A stretch of 64,000 nucleotides of DNA. Origin: Auanema rhodensis (Eukaryota; Animalia; Nematoda). Made by a program: the position numbers and the translations under genes. Each line of letters begins with the position of its first letter. Positions within the stretch are counted from its first letter, which is position 1. The notes beneath the pieces are model-generated. The model was not told the origin of the DNA. It searched no databases and saw only the letters and a list, made by a program, of their open reading frames with translations. Where the stretch lies: contig OZ059896.1 of the NCBI GenBank assembly GCA_964057225.1, positions 16,368,001 to 16,432,000 of the forward strand. The letters run 5' to 3'. Positions 13,501 to 26,168 of this stretch are shown one piece after another.

Positions 13501-13694
13501 CTTATATAGAGAGATAGGTTTTACGAGTATACCCACTTTTCTACATATGCCTTTAGGCATATCGTAAATTCTTGATGATATTTCTGTCTAACTGTGGGTG
13601 CAACTGATTTCAGCACTACGAGATAATGTAGTAAACCGTTATTGTAATCTCTTTTCTCGACATTTTCTCGAGCAGATGCGAGTGAAAACTTCAT
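10533..13694 (-). CDS. prmt-9: Protein arginine methyltransferase 9 (helical/TPR-like N-terminus + duplicated MTase fold)
   Basis: ATG at 13694 (MKFSLASARENVEKRDY...); LFPGWHMVMINDT|KRNLAYAEAI, motif I VIDVGSGSGLLS, double-E loop LIVSEIMDCCAFGEG, ETFWEQGIY (PRMT9 ETCWEQAVY), second degenerate domain ending VDGIAYWF...MSK* (TAG 10533-10535). Confidence 0.85.
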
Positions 13695-13739
13695 TTTCCC
13701 TATAAAATAAATAAAATCATAGCCTACTTAACACCATTC

Positions 13740-13930
13740 TCGAAATCCAAATAACATATTTAAAGCGAAATTCAAATGCTCAAGCCTTACGCCGAAATAC
13801 GGTGAACCGACCGGTCTGTCACAACATCTCAGAAAGGATGGCTGCTTGCCAAAGAACGTTTGTTTGCGTGCGACGCAAATGCACGCGACGCGGTCTGGGC
13901 TGTGCGTGCTATTTAGACAACTTTGCAAAT
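13740..13930. promoter_or_regulatory. CpG-rich bidirectional promoter between prmt-9 and the BICRA-like gene
   Basis: Head-to-head genes with starts 625 bp apart; local CpG-dense patch TGCGTGCGACGCAAATGCACGCGACGCGG (13865-13893) in very AT-rich surroundings. Confidence 0.55.
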
Positions 13931-14318
13931 CAATTTATTAGCACCCTTGTAATCTTTTTATTTTTCAACACTAACTATGGAATTTGTTATCAGTTTTCTC
14001 AAACTTCTTTTAAAAACTTAGTTTCTAATTAGAAAATTCTGGAAATGCACTGTTTCTTATTCATATAGCATATTTACGGTCTCTTGTTGATTTGTTGTGC
14101 TACTGTGTGATCTCAGCTTTTCCACTTTTTTTCCGTTTTCTTCTGCTGCTTGTTATCAGGCCTTTTTCTGTTTTTACCTGTCATCATCTTATAATGCTGT
14201 TTCAGATTGTCTCACTTTATATACTTACATTTTTAAAAAAACCGTAATATTAGTTCATTACTGTATCTTTTACAAAGGAAGTAATATATTCAATATGACC
14301 TAGTGAGGTCAGACAACC

Positions 14319-17300
14319 ATGAACTTCCCAGAGTAAGTATCTTAATTTTAAACTGTTTTTCAACATTTTATTATAGTGAGGATGGGGTTGAAGATATTTT
14401 CAACAGCATAAATTATGATGCTTTTGGCATCGATGATCACCATAGTCCATTAGAGCATGATCATTCATTACAGGTTTTTATTTGATTATTATATTTCGTT
14501 TTATTTTATTTTCTCTTTACACTTCTATACGGTTTCAGATACCAATGCGAGAACCATCGCCGGCGTCGCCCTCGAGAGATCTTGAGGACAGCTTGTACGG
14601 TTTCGGTGATCCGTCTCTTACAATACCACTACCAGAAGTATATTTTAATTTTTAAAACTTTTTTATGATTTTGTATTTTAGTTTTCACAATCTGAAAGTT
14701 CCCGTTTATCTCCTCCTTTGTTACCATATCACCAGCATAATCAAAATTATGGCCAGAGTACTGAAATGCAGATGGAAGTAATTTTAAAAAATATAGTTTT
14801 TTAATTTCATAGCATGTATGTTATAGGTACCCTATAACTCCTTTGAGCAGCCTTCAGCAGTAGTAAATGTGGAGTATTCGCTCAGTGCTCAAATAGATTC
14901 CCCTATAAACCTCTCAGATAATCGGGGCTATTATGTGAGACTTTTAAACTGTACTATGAAAAATATAATATCTAATTGTAGCAAGAGCAGCCGTCTACAT
15001 CGCAACAGCCTCCGCCTATGCAACAACACCAGCATCAACAACAACACCAACAACAACAGCATATCACTTCCCAACCGCAACAAAGGCAAATGCAAAATAC
15101 CCAGTCCAGAAATGTACAGAGAATCATAAGCACTCCTGGCCCGGCTGTTGTTACTCCTCAGCCGAGGTCAACAGGGAACCAACAAACTGTACATTGCATT
15201 TAAATTTTTAATAAATTCAATTTTTAATTCAGAAATACCAGGCACCTCGACGAACGGTGCAGTCGAGGACAAATGGAAAAAAGAAAGTTTCGAGTGGTAT
15301 TTTTGAAATTTATTATATTTCTAAAAAAATTAATGCTCAGGAAGTGTTGGTGAAGTGCTCAATACAGCTCATAAGATGAATGCTGGCAACGGCGGACAAC
15401 CTTCAGCTGTACGGCTAAGTCCTGAACAGATGCAACAGGTAAAAGCTACATTTTATAGTTTGATATGAAATCATATGTATTCCAGTTGGCATTTAGTGCG
15501 GGGGAAATTTCTAGGCTAGAAAATGAACAAAACTTAGGAGTAGCAGATAATACAGAGAGAATAAAAGAATTAAAGCAACAACAAGCTCAAATTTTCTTAG
15601 AAGCTTTGGCATCCCAATCTAATTCGTTAGTTGTTTTATTCATATTTATTAAAACCTTCTACTTTTTAGTGTCACTGGGGAAGTTATCAACCAACTTCAT
15701 CAAATAAAACAACAACCGGTGTCTCGCCCTCCTCCAAGGCAACATAGACAACAAATGCACATGCCTATGGATGCTACTCCGGATTCTCCTCAGTATGAAC
15801 CTCAAATTTATCTCTCACATACCAATGTTAGCCAAACTCAAATGTATGTTTTCTCATATCAACTGTTATATAAATTTTGTTTATAGTCATTCTAGCTATA
15901 ACGATTATAACATGATGCCCCCTGCCCCTGTGCAACATGTACCTCAACAACGGCCTGTGTATAGAGTAACATCTGTAAGTTGGAATAGTTCTGATTCAAG
16001 CTAAATTGAATGTTACAGGGTGTTCAAGTATCATACCAATCAACACAGTCCCAACAGGCTTATGTACAACCTTTGCAACCTACTTATACCCAACCTGGCG
16101 GTCCAACCGTTGGTCAAATAATTAAACAACAACATGTTTGATTCTTGTATAATTTTACAATTATATTGTTCATATTTTAGATGAGGTCTACTCCAGCTAA
16201 AGGTTCTGCAAGACAAGTACTTGTTCAAAGTGTGGTTACACCCCAACCGGCCATTGTTCACCCTCCTCCTCCCCCTCCGGTGAGATCTCTTTTTGAAAAA
16301 TGTGATTTTATAATTTTTTCAGCAACCAATAACTGTGATTAGACATCCTCCTCGACCAACACCGGAACAAACTATGCAAGCCATGGAGGAGCGTAAGATC
16401 ATGCGTTTGAACAGGTTAGATTCTTTTTAACATTTATGTTAGTGATTTATTTTTGTATAGACTGAAGGATGCCCTAGATGTCCAACAACAAGCTATCATA
16501 CAACCAAGAACTGAAGAAAAATTCAACGATATGCTTGATGTCTTGATGCGCCTTCTTCCTTATCACCAAGGATCTGAGCCTGATGTTAAAGAAGAAGAGC
16601 TAGAACAATGTGAGAATAAATCAATGATTCTAAATGCTATTTATTCGATTTTTTAGTTGATTGCAACTATCTGCGAAAGATGATTAACTTGTCTGATTCC
16701 AAAAAGAGAATTGAGCGCAAGATGCGTACAGTGCTTTTCAATGAAGCTATGGTTAGTAATTTTATATTTCCGTGTATTATATTTATTTTCATTTTTTTAA
16801 GAGATCGGCTGAGAAAGAAGAAGAAAACCTTCTTTTATTCTTGGATATGGAATACGAGAAAAGAAAATTAGAAGGCGAAAAGAAATTATTACAATCTGAT
16901 CCCTCGTCTCTTGATAGTTTTGTTCAATCCTCTGTAATCATTCCCGCGCTTCGTGATACAACCCTCCCTAGTCTCGAAAAGAAATTCTATCCACCGTTAA
17001 AAGTAAGTTTCCGACGTTTTGTTATAAACTATTATCGTATTATTTTAGTTGCACTTCGATTACCATCCATTTTGTGATATTCCTTCTGTTTCTTCTCCTG
17101 CCAAATCTCCCATTAAATCTCCTTCTTCTGTAAAATCTTCTGCTAGTAGTATAAGGTTTGTTTTTGATAATTTCAAACTTATTTACCAACTTTATTCAGG
17201 GACCCCTCACCTGTCAAATCTCCTGTAGCATCCACTAGTCGTACTGTTTTCAAAACATGTGTTCTTTCGGGTACTGATTTCCCTGATGTCCCGGCAAAGC

Positions 17301-18873
17301 CTTCTTCTATCCGGCCGAAACATACTAATGAGCAACGGTATATTGAATATATTGTGTATTTTCTTATTGCTGTTATCCTATTTTCTAGGTTGAATCACAT
17401 ATCTGATCGTATAATTCCTCAGCCAAAGGTTGAACATGTAGCTGTTAAAAATAGGATTAGTCATATTTCCCCTGCTAAGAGGGAACCAGCAATAGTTTTG
17501 AAAAATTGTAGGATTTTTTTTTTAATTTTTCGCTTTCAATATTTTGTCCCATTTAGCATTCACTGCTAACATTCCAACAATAAAGATCAAAACTAAAGGA
17601 TTTGTTAATAATAATGATTCCGATGGTTCATGTTCCCCAGAACTTGGGGTTGATGATATTGTTCAACCGTCTCCTTCGTTTGCTACTAATAATCAGGATA
17701 CTTTACGGTCGAAAATAGAACACAAGGACAATAAGCCTGTTGCGCCGGAGCCTACCTCTGAGAAGGTAAAAGTTGTTAGCATTCTATACTGAATAATGTG
17801 TGTACTTGCAGAAGAAAGAAAACAATTTCACTGTTCTTGCACGAGTTGATAACAGGCAAAATCCCGAGAATGAACCTAGGAAAGACTTAAATATTAAAAT
17901 TCCTCGTTTTAAGCCTATGGAACCAAAACCAAAAGTTCGAGAGGTAGAAAAACCAAAGGTATCTTTTTGTTAAAGATATTTAGTTAATTTCATAATATTT
18001 GTTCTAGGAACCCACTATACACATAATACCTCCTGCATTACCTCCAATAAAATTGAAGTTTTCACGGGCTATATTAGATGCAAGAGAATCTCCGGTTTTG
18101 GATAAAAGGTTTGTGAAAATGTTTTTCATTTCTCTATTTTCTTTATTTTTAGCAGCGATAAGAACAGTAAAAAGAAAAAGAAGAAGAAGAAACGAAAGAG
18201 GGATTCTCACGATTTTTCTGACGTAGACGAACAGAAAAAGCCGAAGAAGATCTCTCCAACACCTGTAAGTTTTTTGCCACTATTCTTTTCTCTCATCTGC
18301 TCATCTCTAGGAGTTTGTATTTGTACGAACTGAAGGTCTACGAGTGAAGTTTATTCGAGGACAAATATCTAGGCCTAGCTCAATTAGCAGAGAAACAACC
18401 CCAGCTGTGACACCAGCACCACCCCCTGCCCCCGTCCAGGTAGAAAATTGCCAGAACAATTTGTTTCTATATTTCTAATTTTTTCAGCCTACACCGCCAA
18501 TTACTCCGCAGTCACAGCCTATTAAATTAAAAATTCGTCTGGGACCTAGACCTAATGCTTCGGCTTCGGCTTCAGCTTCTTCTACTCCAGCAGCTCGTCC
18601 TAAGTCTCCGGTGTCTAAAAATGGCCCAATACGTTTATCCTCCGTAGGGGTTCCTGCAGCTTCAAAGTTACCCTCTATCGATTTTTCTGGTTAGATCTCT
18701 TGTGTTATGTTAATTGTGCATCATGTCGACTAATTTCAGATGATTCAGACAGTGAAGCCGATAAGTTAAGGTCGTCAACAGATGAAGCTTTGCGTGGTTG
18801 TGGTTTGAGTCGTTTATCAGGATTAACGTCTGTCCCCAAAAGACCCTTGTTACCATGGTCATCACAGCCATAA
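14319..18873 (+). CDS. mig-38: BICRA/GLTSCR1-family ncBAF (GBAF) subunit, MIG-38-like; ~27 exons
   Basis: ATG 14319 (MNFPD|EDGVEDIF...), Q/P-rich low-complexity N-terminal half, GLTSCR1 domain LKDALDVQQQAIIQPRTEEKFNDMLDVLMRLLPYHQGSEPD...RTVLFNEAMRSAEKEEENLLLFLDMEYEK, basic/Pro-rich C-terminus, TAA 18871-18873; AATAAA 19646-19651. Confidence 0.8.
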
Positions 18874-19957
18874 CCTGGGTAAAATCTTTTCTGGTTTGCT
18901 GGCAAACAGTTGTGATTTTCAAGTGTCAAAATATTGATATACACAAAAGACTATTCACCCACGTGCCAAATTTACGCTCATTTTTCTTCTATTTTTCTCT
19001 TTCTTATATCCCCAAAAGCATATATTTATTGAATCTTGACCAAAGCCTGTATGTCAATATATTGTTTTAAATATTCACGGTTAGTATATTCGCCTAATAT
19101 AGTTGCTCAATCTTTCGTTGTTTATTTGGTGCTCGTTGTATCTCTAATAATCCTAGCGGCACATTCTTTTAAAACATTTATTGACTATCGTATGTGCTTC
19201 TTATTGCGATCTCCGCGGTTTGTGTTATCGCCATTATGCATAGATTGCCCTATATATGGTTAATATGTTGATTTACTCTCCCTCACTCAATCTTTCATTC
19301 CCAATCTACTTTGGCAAGCAAGCAATTTCGTACTCTACATTCTCGTGTAATTATGCATTTTAGAACTATACTCCGGTTAACTTAAGAGATTCATTGTCTT
19401 CTCATTCCCACTACCCTGGTGGTGTTCCTTAGTTTGTTATTATTAAACTCGTAAATGATCAGACTGATCAACCATTGTAAGCTATTGTGATCTTTAGATT
19501 TATGTATGTATAAACAGATTTTTAATAATAATACCATTTTATAAATCATCCACTTATCCCCTCCATGTGTTTTATTATGGAATATCCAGAAAATGATACA
19601 TATTTTTAGTAAATTATTAATTATATGCTCTTTGTAATCAGTATAAATAAAAATTTTGAAAACAATTTAAAATAATAATGTTAAAAAATAACTCTAAAAC
19701 AAACGGCGGTTAATTCGCGTATCGAAAATATATAAAATGGTCCTGCAACGAAAACCCTGGCCTAGTTTGACAGTATTCGCACACCACCAATTTTGAAGTA
19801 TTTTATACATATTCCCCAAATTTTTGCTTAAAATATTGTTGTTTTATCACGTTAATTTTTTTTGTTCGTGCTCATGTTTCATCTTTTTGGATTTACGCAT
19901 AACCAATTCGAGTTGTCTATAACTTTTTTTCTTGTAGAGAACCTGGGAAGATAAAAG

Positions 19958-20547
19958 ATGGCTGACCAGACAGAGAGGGCTTTTTTGAAGCAGCCCACCA
20001 TCAACCATAACAACAAGGAGCGTATCCTTAGTGGTAACAAGAAACTCCAACGTTATGTTCGTAATGTAGGTCTTGGATTCAAGACTCCCCGTGAGGTAAT
20101 TTTTATCTTTTTAAATGATTTTGATGTTTATTTTCTTGTAGGCCATCGAAGGTACCTACATTGACAAGAAGTGCCCATTCACCGGAAATGTTTCTATCAG
20201 AGGAAACGTTCTTACCGGAGTTGTTCTTAAGAACAAGATGACCAGAACTATCATCGTTAGAAGAGATTACCTTCACTACATTAAGAAGTACCGTCGTTTT
20301 GAGAAGAGACATAAGAACGTCCCAGCTCACTGCTCTCCTGCCTTCAGGTAAATTTTATAAAAAATTTGTTTTATTATTAGTTAAATTTGTTGTCTTTTAA
20401 CTTAATTATTTCTGTGTTTTCAGAGATATTGTCCCAGGAGATCTTGTAACTATTGGAGAGTGCCGCCCTCTTTCCAAGACCGTCAGATTCAACGTTTTGA
20501 AGGTCAACAAGTCCGGAAGCTCCAAGAAGGGATTCTCCAAGTTCTAA
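19958..20547 (+). CDS. rps-11: 40S ribosomal protein S11 (uS17); 3 exons
   Basis: [15 protein letters not shown]...[15 protein letters not shown]|[21 protein letters not shown]...[11 protein letters not shown]...HCSPAFR|[25 protein letters not shown]...KGFSKF*; exons 19958-20095, 20142-20347, 20424-20547; strong C-ending codon bias. Confidence 0.98.
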
Positions 20548-20899
20548 GTTACTTGTTGAAAAAGACTAATTCTCCAGTCTCACGTTTTTGTTGCTATATC
20601 TGTGGAATGAAGTCTTTAATATTGTTTTAGCTCTTCTTTTTTTTTAATTTTTACTGTTTCTTTGGACACTTTTATATTGATATACACAAAATATTATATT
20701 AAGTAATTTGGGTAGAAGGGTACGCTGTTTTGGTTTTTAATGTTACCCTGTGTTTTATGAAAAACAAGATCATACCGGGCTTGATCATGCAGTTGTCTAC
20801 TAAAACTAATTTTTTTAAAATTTGTTGTTTTGATATCCGAAAGTGGTTTATTTCAAGCTGTGCAGAATGAGCATATGGTAGAGGTTATATACTAGTCTT

Positions 20900-21000
20900 T
20901 TGAGTTCGGGTCAACAGCCGTGCTGCTAGCTTCAAACGGGGTCCTAAAGGTGGTCATTTCGTTGCGTTGCGGTCGCGGCGCGTGCTCGGTTTATCCGTCA
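20900..21000 (+). promoter_or_regulatory. CpG-rich promoter patch upstream of ccar-1 (probable operon promoter)
   Basis: TTGCGTTGCGGTCGCGGCGCGTGCTCGG, then a T-rich outron and TTTCAG acceptor (ends 21121) 24 nt before ATG 21145. Confidence 0.5.
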
Positions 21001-21144
21001 ATATAGTATGTACAACTGCTATATTAATCGTAAATATCGACAAATTATAGTATTTTGCTGTTTATTTCGCTTTAGTTTTTATTCAAACATTTCATTCTTT
21101 TATATAGGTTTTGTATTTCAGATCTGAGATAGTACGTTTACGTA

Positions 21145-24100
21145 ATGTCTCAGTTCGGTGGCGGTGGCAAACCGGGAGCATGGGGTCGACCGACAGGAGG
21201 TTTAACTTGAATTTAAGCATTCATGCTAATTTGTTTGTATAGGTGCTCAATTGCCAAATTTTGGTGGAATTGGTGGAGTAGGTAGTTTTCCAATGATGGG
21301 CATGAGTGTGCCTATGATAAATCAGGCAGCATTTTCACAACCCGGAATGATGGGTATGGGAGTAATGGGAGCAGTACCCCAACAGCAACAAAGAGCAGCA
21401 GCATCATCAGCTGCAGCTTTGGTATTATGAAACATCAGTTTGCATCTTATCTTGCTGTATCTTAGAACACTCCAAATGCTGCGGGCAAGAATAGAACCTT
21501 CGTTGGTGTTGTAACAAAAATGCACGATAGTTATGGTTTTGTGGATGATGATGTATTCTTTCAGCATTCGTAAGTCTGCTTAATGTTTTTGAATTGTTTT
21601 TTTGTTCTTATCTTTCTTGTCGTAGAACACTTTTCTTTTTAGCGTCATCAGAGGTACACACCCACGTGTTGGAGATAAAGTAATGGTGGAAGCTAGTTAC
21701 AATCCCCAGATGCCTTTTAAATGGAACGCTTATCGTATTCAATTGTTATCTGGATCATGTATGTTTCTATTAACATAGTGGCAGTATTTTTTTGCTTATA
21801 GCTAATAATGAGGGCCATGTACCACAACAAGCTAGAGTAGCTTCTCCTATGACTAATCCTCCACGTAATAATCAACCCTCTGGGTCAGTTTGAATTTATG
21901 TAATTATTTTATTGTTTTCTTTAACTATTATTTCAACCAGTTTTTTTTCTGTAGATCTAGATGGGGCTCTAATGCTATGTCAGATAGAAATGGTTCGCGT
22001 CCTTCACCACCTAGACGGCGTAGTCCCCCCCGAAGAAGTCCTAGGCGGAGTCCTCCGAGAAATATGGGTGGTCCACTGCGTAGAAAGTTTGTCCCATTTT
22101 TAAATTTTTTTGATGATTTGATTGAAGGTCAAGATCACCACCACGGCGAACACCACCACCCGTACGTAGAGCTTCTCCACCAAGGGATCGCAAAAGACCA
22201 TCAGCTGCGCCTTCTTCTCGAAGGGATACACCTTCTCCTCCGCGTAGAAGGGCACGAATTATTCCCAGATATGAGTGCCGAATCAATAAACCAGTATTGT
22301 TAAGGTATGTATTTTTTAAAACTTTTATTTTTTTTCCTTTTTGATAATTTTTAAAGAATTTTTTGATTTTTTTTTTTAAACTGATTGTTCATGCCATAAT
22401 CATTTTCAGTGATCAAATATCCTTAGTACAAGTCAAATCCCGTTATCCAAAGCTTTATATTCCTTCTGATTTTGCTGACCTTACTCCTGATTGGACGAAA
22501 CGTGTTCCACTTGATAGTCCTATTGATTTTACTAATGCTGTGAGTGCTTTTACACGAGTTTAGTTTAAATAATAACATTTAGGTTTCTTTCCACGTCTTC
22601 CACAAAGATGTTGACTATATTTTGCAAGATGGCGAGAAAGAAACTGTTCTTGAACCCGAGGATTTTGATCATAGACATCAAGTCAAGGTTTTGTTGATGA
22701 GCCACGGGGGAAAGCAGGAAATGCTGAAAAAGGCATTTGGTTTGCTTGCTGACGGAAGCTTAGATGACACTCATGAAGTAACTTCTCTTTTGAAACAAAT
22801 TCAATTTTTAGTTGGTATGCTTGTTTTTATCACTGTTTTGGTTGTTTATCTTTATTATTTTTCTCTACAGGTGTTCGTGGTAAGGAATTTACTGCAATTG
22901 GCGGAAGTTATTCTCCATCGTTGGATGGGCCCGATCCAACCAATCCCGGAACTCTTATTAAAACTGCCATTCGTACAACCAAAGCTTTGACGGGTGTAGA
23001 TTTGAGTGGAGTTCCTCAATGGTAAGTTCCTTTACAGTATCAAAATTTACCCTTTTCTGAATTTTCCAAAATTTTTGTAAACCATAATATGTTGCTGGAT
23101 TGTTCATAGATGCCGACGTCAATCATCATTGAAACGCAACTCATATCTTCAGAGCCTGTGGCCCTGTGGCCGGTCAATTATGTTTAAGTGAACGTTTTGC
23201 CTCTCTTAGGTACTCGCTGGTGCAGGTTCGCTATTACCGAGCTGACAAGGATCGCGTGGATCGTGTTCACCTGCTGTGGCCTGACACACAGCTAATGATG
23301 CCAACTGAAGAAAATTGGAACGCACAGACAGCCGCACTTCGCTTGCAATGCGAGCAAAAACTTACAGCTATCGAAGAGTTGAGCCTAAAAGAAGAAAAGG
23401 AGCTGTCGCAACCACAACAACAACTTCAAACTCCTGCAGCCAAGGAAAGTCCCGTCCATCGCAGGCAATTGCCTTTATCACTGTGTTCTGTGTGTCTATC
23501 TGTCTTTTTTGAGCACTTTACCTACGCTCTGTGCCTTGTGTGCTTTACGTCCCCTAATTAAAAAAAAGAACCATCTTAATGTGCATGCTCGCATGACTTG
23601 TGTTGAATTTCAGGATTTTTTTTAGCACAAGGGGTTATTATTATTGAATTTTTTATCTCGTAGTGTGAGCCCAGTGCATACTAAAAGCGGTTCAAAACTA
23701 TATTCTAATGTTTTGTTTTTAGGATGTTCCGGGTACCCCAACAAAGGAAGGTGTAAAAGAAGAACTTTTGGAAACTCCTCTTGCTGTCGCTGAGAGCGAT
23801 GTTGATATGAGTTCTACTGAGAAACCAAAACCCCAACCTAGTCATTGGAATGATTTGGACGTGAAAAGCATGAAGGTGTATCTGATAATAACCCTCCTAT
23901 ATTTCTTTATTATACATTTTTGTTTAGGTTGCTGAGTTGAAAGCTGAACTTGATGCTAGAGGTCTAGAAAATCGTGGTGTTAAAAATGTTCTCGCTCAAC
24001 GACTTCAAGAAGCTCTTGATAAAGAACAAGTAGTGCATTTCATTATTTTTCTTTTTATTTAATTGAATCTAGGAATTGGAAGAAGATGGTCCGCCAGAAG

Positions 24101-25861
24101 GAGAAGTTGTACCAGAAGTAAAAGAAGAACTTATGACTGAACCAGAGTCTGAAGCTCCTCTAGAGCTAGAGACTGCTTCTAAGACTGAAGAAGAAATAAA
24201 AAAAGAGGCCGAAGAACTGCAAAAGAAATTGGAAAAAATTGAAAAGGAGAAAAAAGAGAAGAAAGCTACAGTGGAGAAGCACTACAATTTGCCCAAAGAG
24301 AACAAGGCAACGATTAGAAAACATAAATGATTTACAGTTTTTTATTTCAGATATTTGTATATCCTTCTAAAACTGCAAAGGGTGGCAAGTTTGATTGTCG
24401 CGTAGTATCTTTGCAAACATTACTTGAATACCGTAATGATGACAACAAAGAATCTCAATTCGAGGTTTTTTTATTTGATTTATTAAAATAATTTTAATGC
24501 TATAGGTATCTCTGTTCGCGGAAGCATTCAAAGAGTTGATTGAAAGACAATCTGCTTTCAAGATATACCATGCTATTGTAAATGCTGCTGATCGAGAAAC
24601 TGAGAGGAAGAGAAGAGATGAAGCTAGAGGTCTTGGAGAGAAAGAAAAATCTGAGGTATTAGTTGTGTTTCTATATTTATTCAATTGTTCGGAATAGGAT
24701 GATGAGAAAACAGAAAAGAAAGAGGAAGAAAAGCCTGAAAGAATTGAGCTTAAATCTATGGTTTCTGAGAGAGCATTATTTGAATCTTGTGCTGTTTTTG
24801 ATGGCAATCTCTGCAGGTATGTTGTTGATTCTTAATTAATTTACAAGTTTCTTTTTTAGTTATATCGGAGATAGAGATCTGGAAGAAATATTTATGAACT
24901 GTGAATTCGGTCTTACTCGCGGTCAAATTTCCAAACTAGTCCATAGGGTTTGCAATCGAGAACGCTTTAACTACCGGTTTGAATATTAAATTTGTTATTC
25001 ATTTTCACTATTAATTTTTTAGTGATCTCACTGATAATCTGGTCGATTCCGATGGTGCAGTTAGATTTACTCCAGGTCAATGTGAATCTCCTCCTTCTCT
25101 TGATACTTTATTACGTGGTTCGTGTTCACGTTCCAGAATAATCTTGTTTTGATATCTGTTTTTAAGGATATGGCTTAGCCTATGTTCAATCGGAAAAATC
25201 TTCCGAAGGACCCACTATCTGTAATTCTGAAGGATGCACGGTCATAATTAATGGAAATGTAATTAATGTTGAACAAAAACTTGCTCTATTGAAAAAGAGT
25301 GAGAAGGAAAGAGATCAAGCTAAGGCAGCTTATAATGAGCAGAGCTCTTTAATAAGTTAGACTAGTTTTTTGTTCTCTGTTAATATACAACGTATTGTAG
25401 CTCAACTACGGGAAGCCAAACAAGAACTCGAAAAGAAAAAGAAAGAATTGGAAAAAGATTTAGAGAAAACCAAAAAGAAGCTTGGGGATACAGGTACTGC
25501 CTTGAAAGCCTCTCTTGAAGATGGTGCTCACTTCAAAACCGCTCTTGCTGATTGCAAGCGATATGCTGAACGTGTGCTGAATGTTGTAGATAAGGCTTGT
25601 CCCTCCACTCCAAAGAAAGAGGAAAAGGAGAAGGTATAAAGATATTACATGCACGATCTAAGATGCTCTTTTTAGAAATCGGAAGAAAAGGAGAAAACCA
25701 AAGAATCCAAGGAAAAACAAGATAAACCCGAGGAACCTACGATTCCTGCAGAGGCTCTTGTTCTTTCTGACGAAGCAGGTCCTGAGGCTGGAGAATCCGC
25801 TGCTACGGAGGAAATTAATGAGCAATCACAACACTCCAAAGAGGATTCCATGGATTCTTGA
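21145..25861 (+). CDS. ccar-1: CCAR1/DBC1-family protein (S1-like, RS/Pro-rich, DBC1/Nudix-like, SAP, EF-hand-like, coiled coil)
   Basis: S1-like RTFVGVVTKMHDSYGFVDDDVFFQHS|VIRG...VMVEASYNPQMPFKWNAYRIQ; RYPKLYIPSDF; GGSYSPSLDGPDP...LIKTAIRTTKALTGVDLSGVPQW|YSLVQVRYYR; SAP MK|VAELKAELDARGL...KNVLAQRLQEAL; YPSKTAKGGKFDC...SLQTLLEYR...FE|VSLFAEAFKE; TGA 25859-25861. Confidence 0.92.
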
Positions 25862-26065
25862 AATTATTTATTATGAAATCTTTCTTATACATATTACATC
25901 TCGTTGTATTTTTGATGCATCTTGTTTGTTAGATATTCGTGTTAGTCTTATTTCAACAATCATGTAATAATGTGGTCTCTCTTTTATCAAACTGTTAAAA
26001 TCTGTTGATGTATGCATGATTTCGTTTGATATCTCGAAAGATATCTCAACCCATTTTTAAAATCA

Positions 26066-26168
26066 ATAAATGGTTTGTCCATAATATTCAATTTTGGCAC
26101 GTTTTTCGAATTGTCTACCTAGGAATTTCTAACATAAGTAATTTCACATGAGTAGCTTTAAATTAAAG
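26066..26168 (+). promoter_or_regulatory. Operon-type intercistronic region ccar-1/cfp-1
   Basis: AATAAA 26066-26071 followed ~80-100 nt later by the cfp-1 start (ATG 26169, in-frame alternative ATG 26148); no CpG promoter patch. Confidence 0.65.

Noticed and set aside
20762-20800. Small hairpin GATCA..TGATC downstream of rps-11
   Set aside because: Stem too short for a miRNA; no snoRNA boxes identified.
18004-22286. Antisense ORFs over real exons (18004-18210, 18705-18944, 19847-20050, 20103-20330, 21322-21567, 22041-22286)
   Set aside because: Shadow frames of the plus-strand genes that run through introns.
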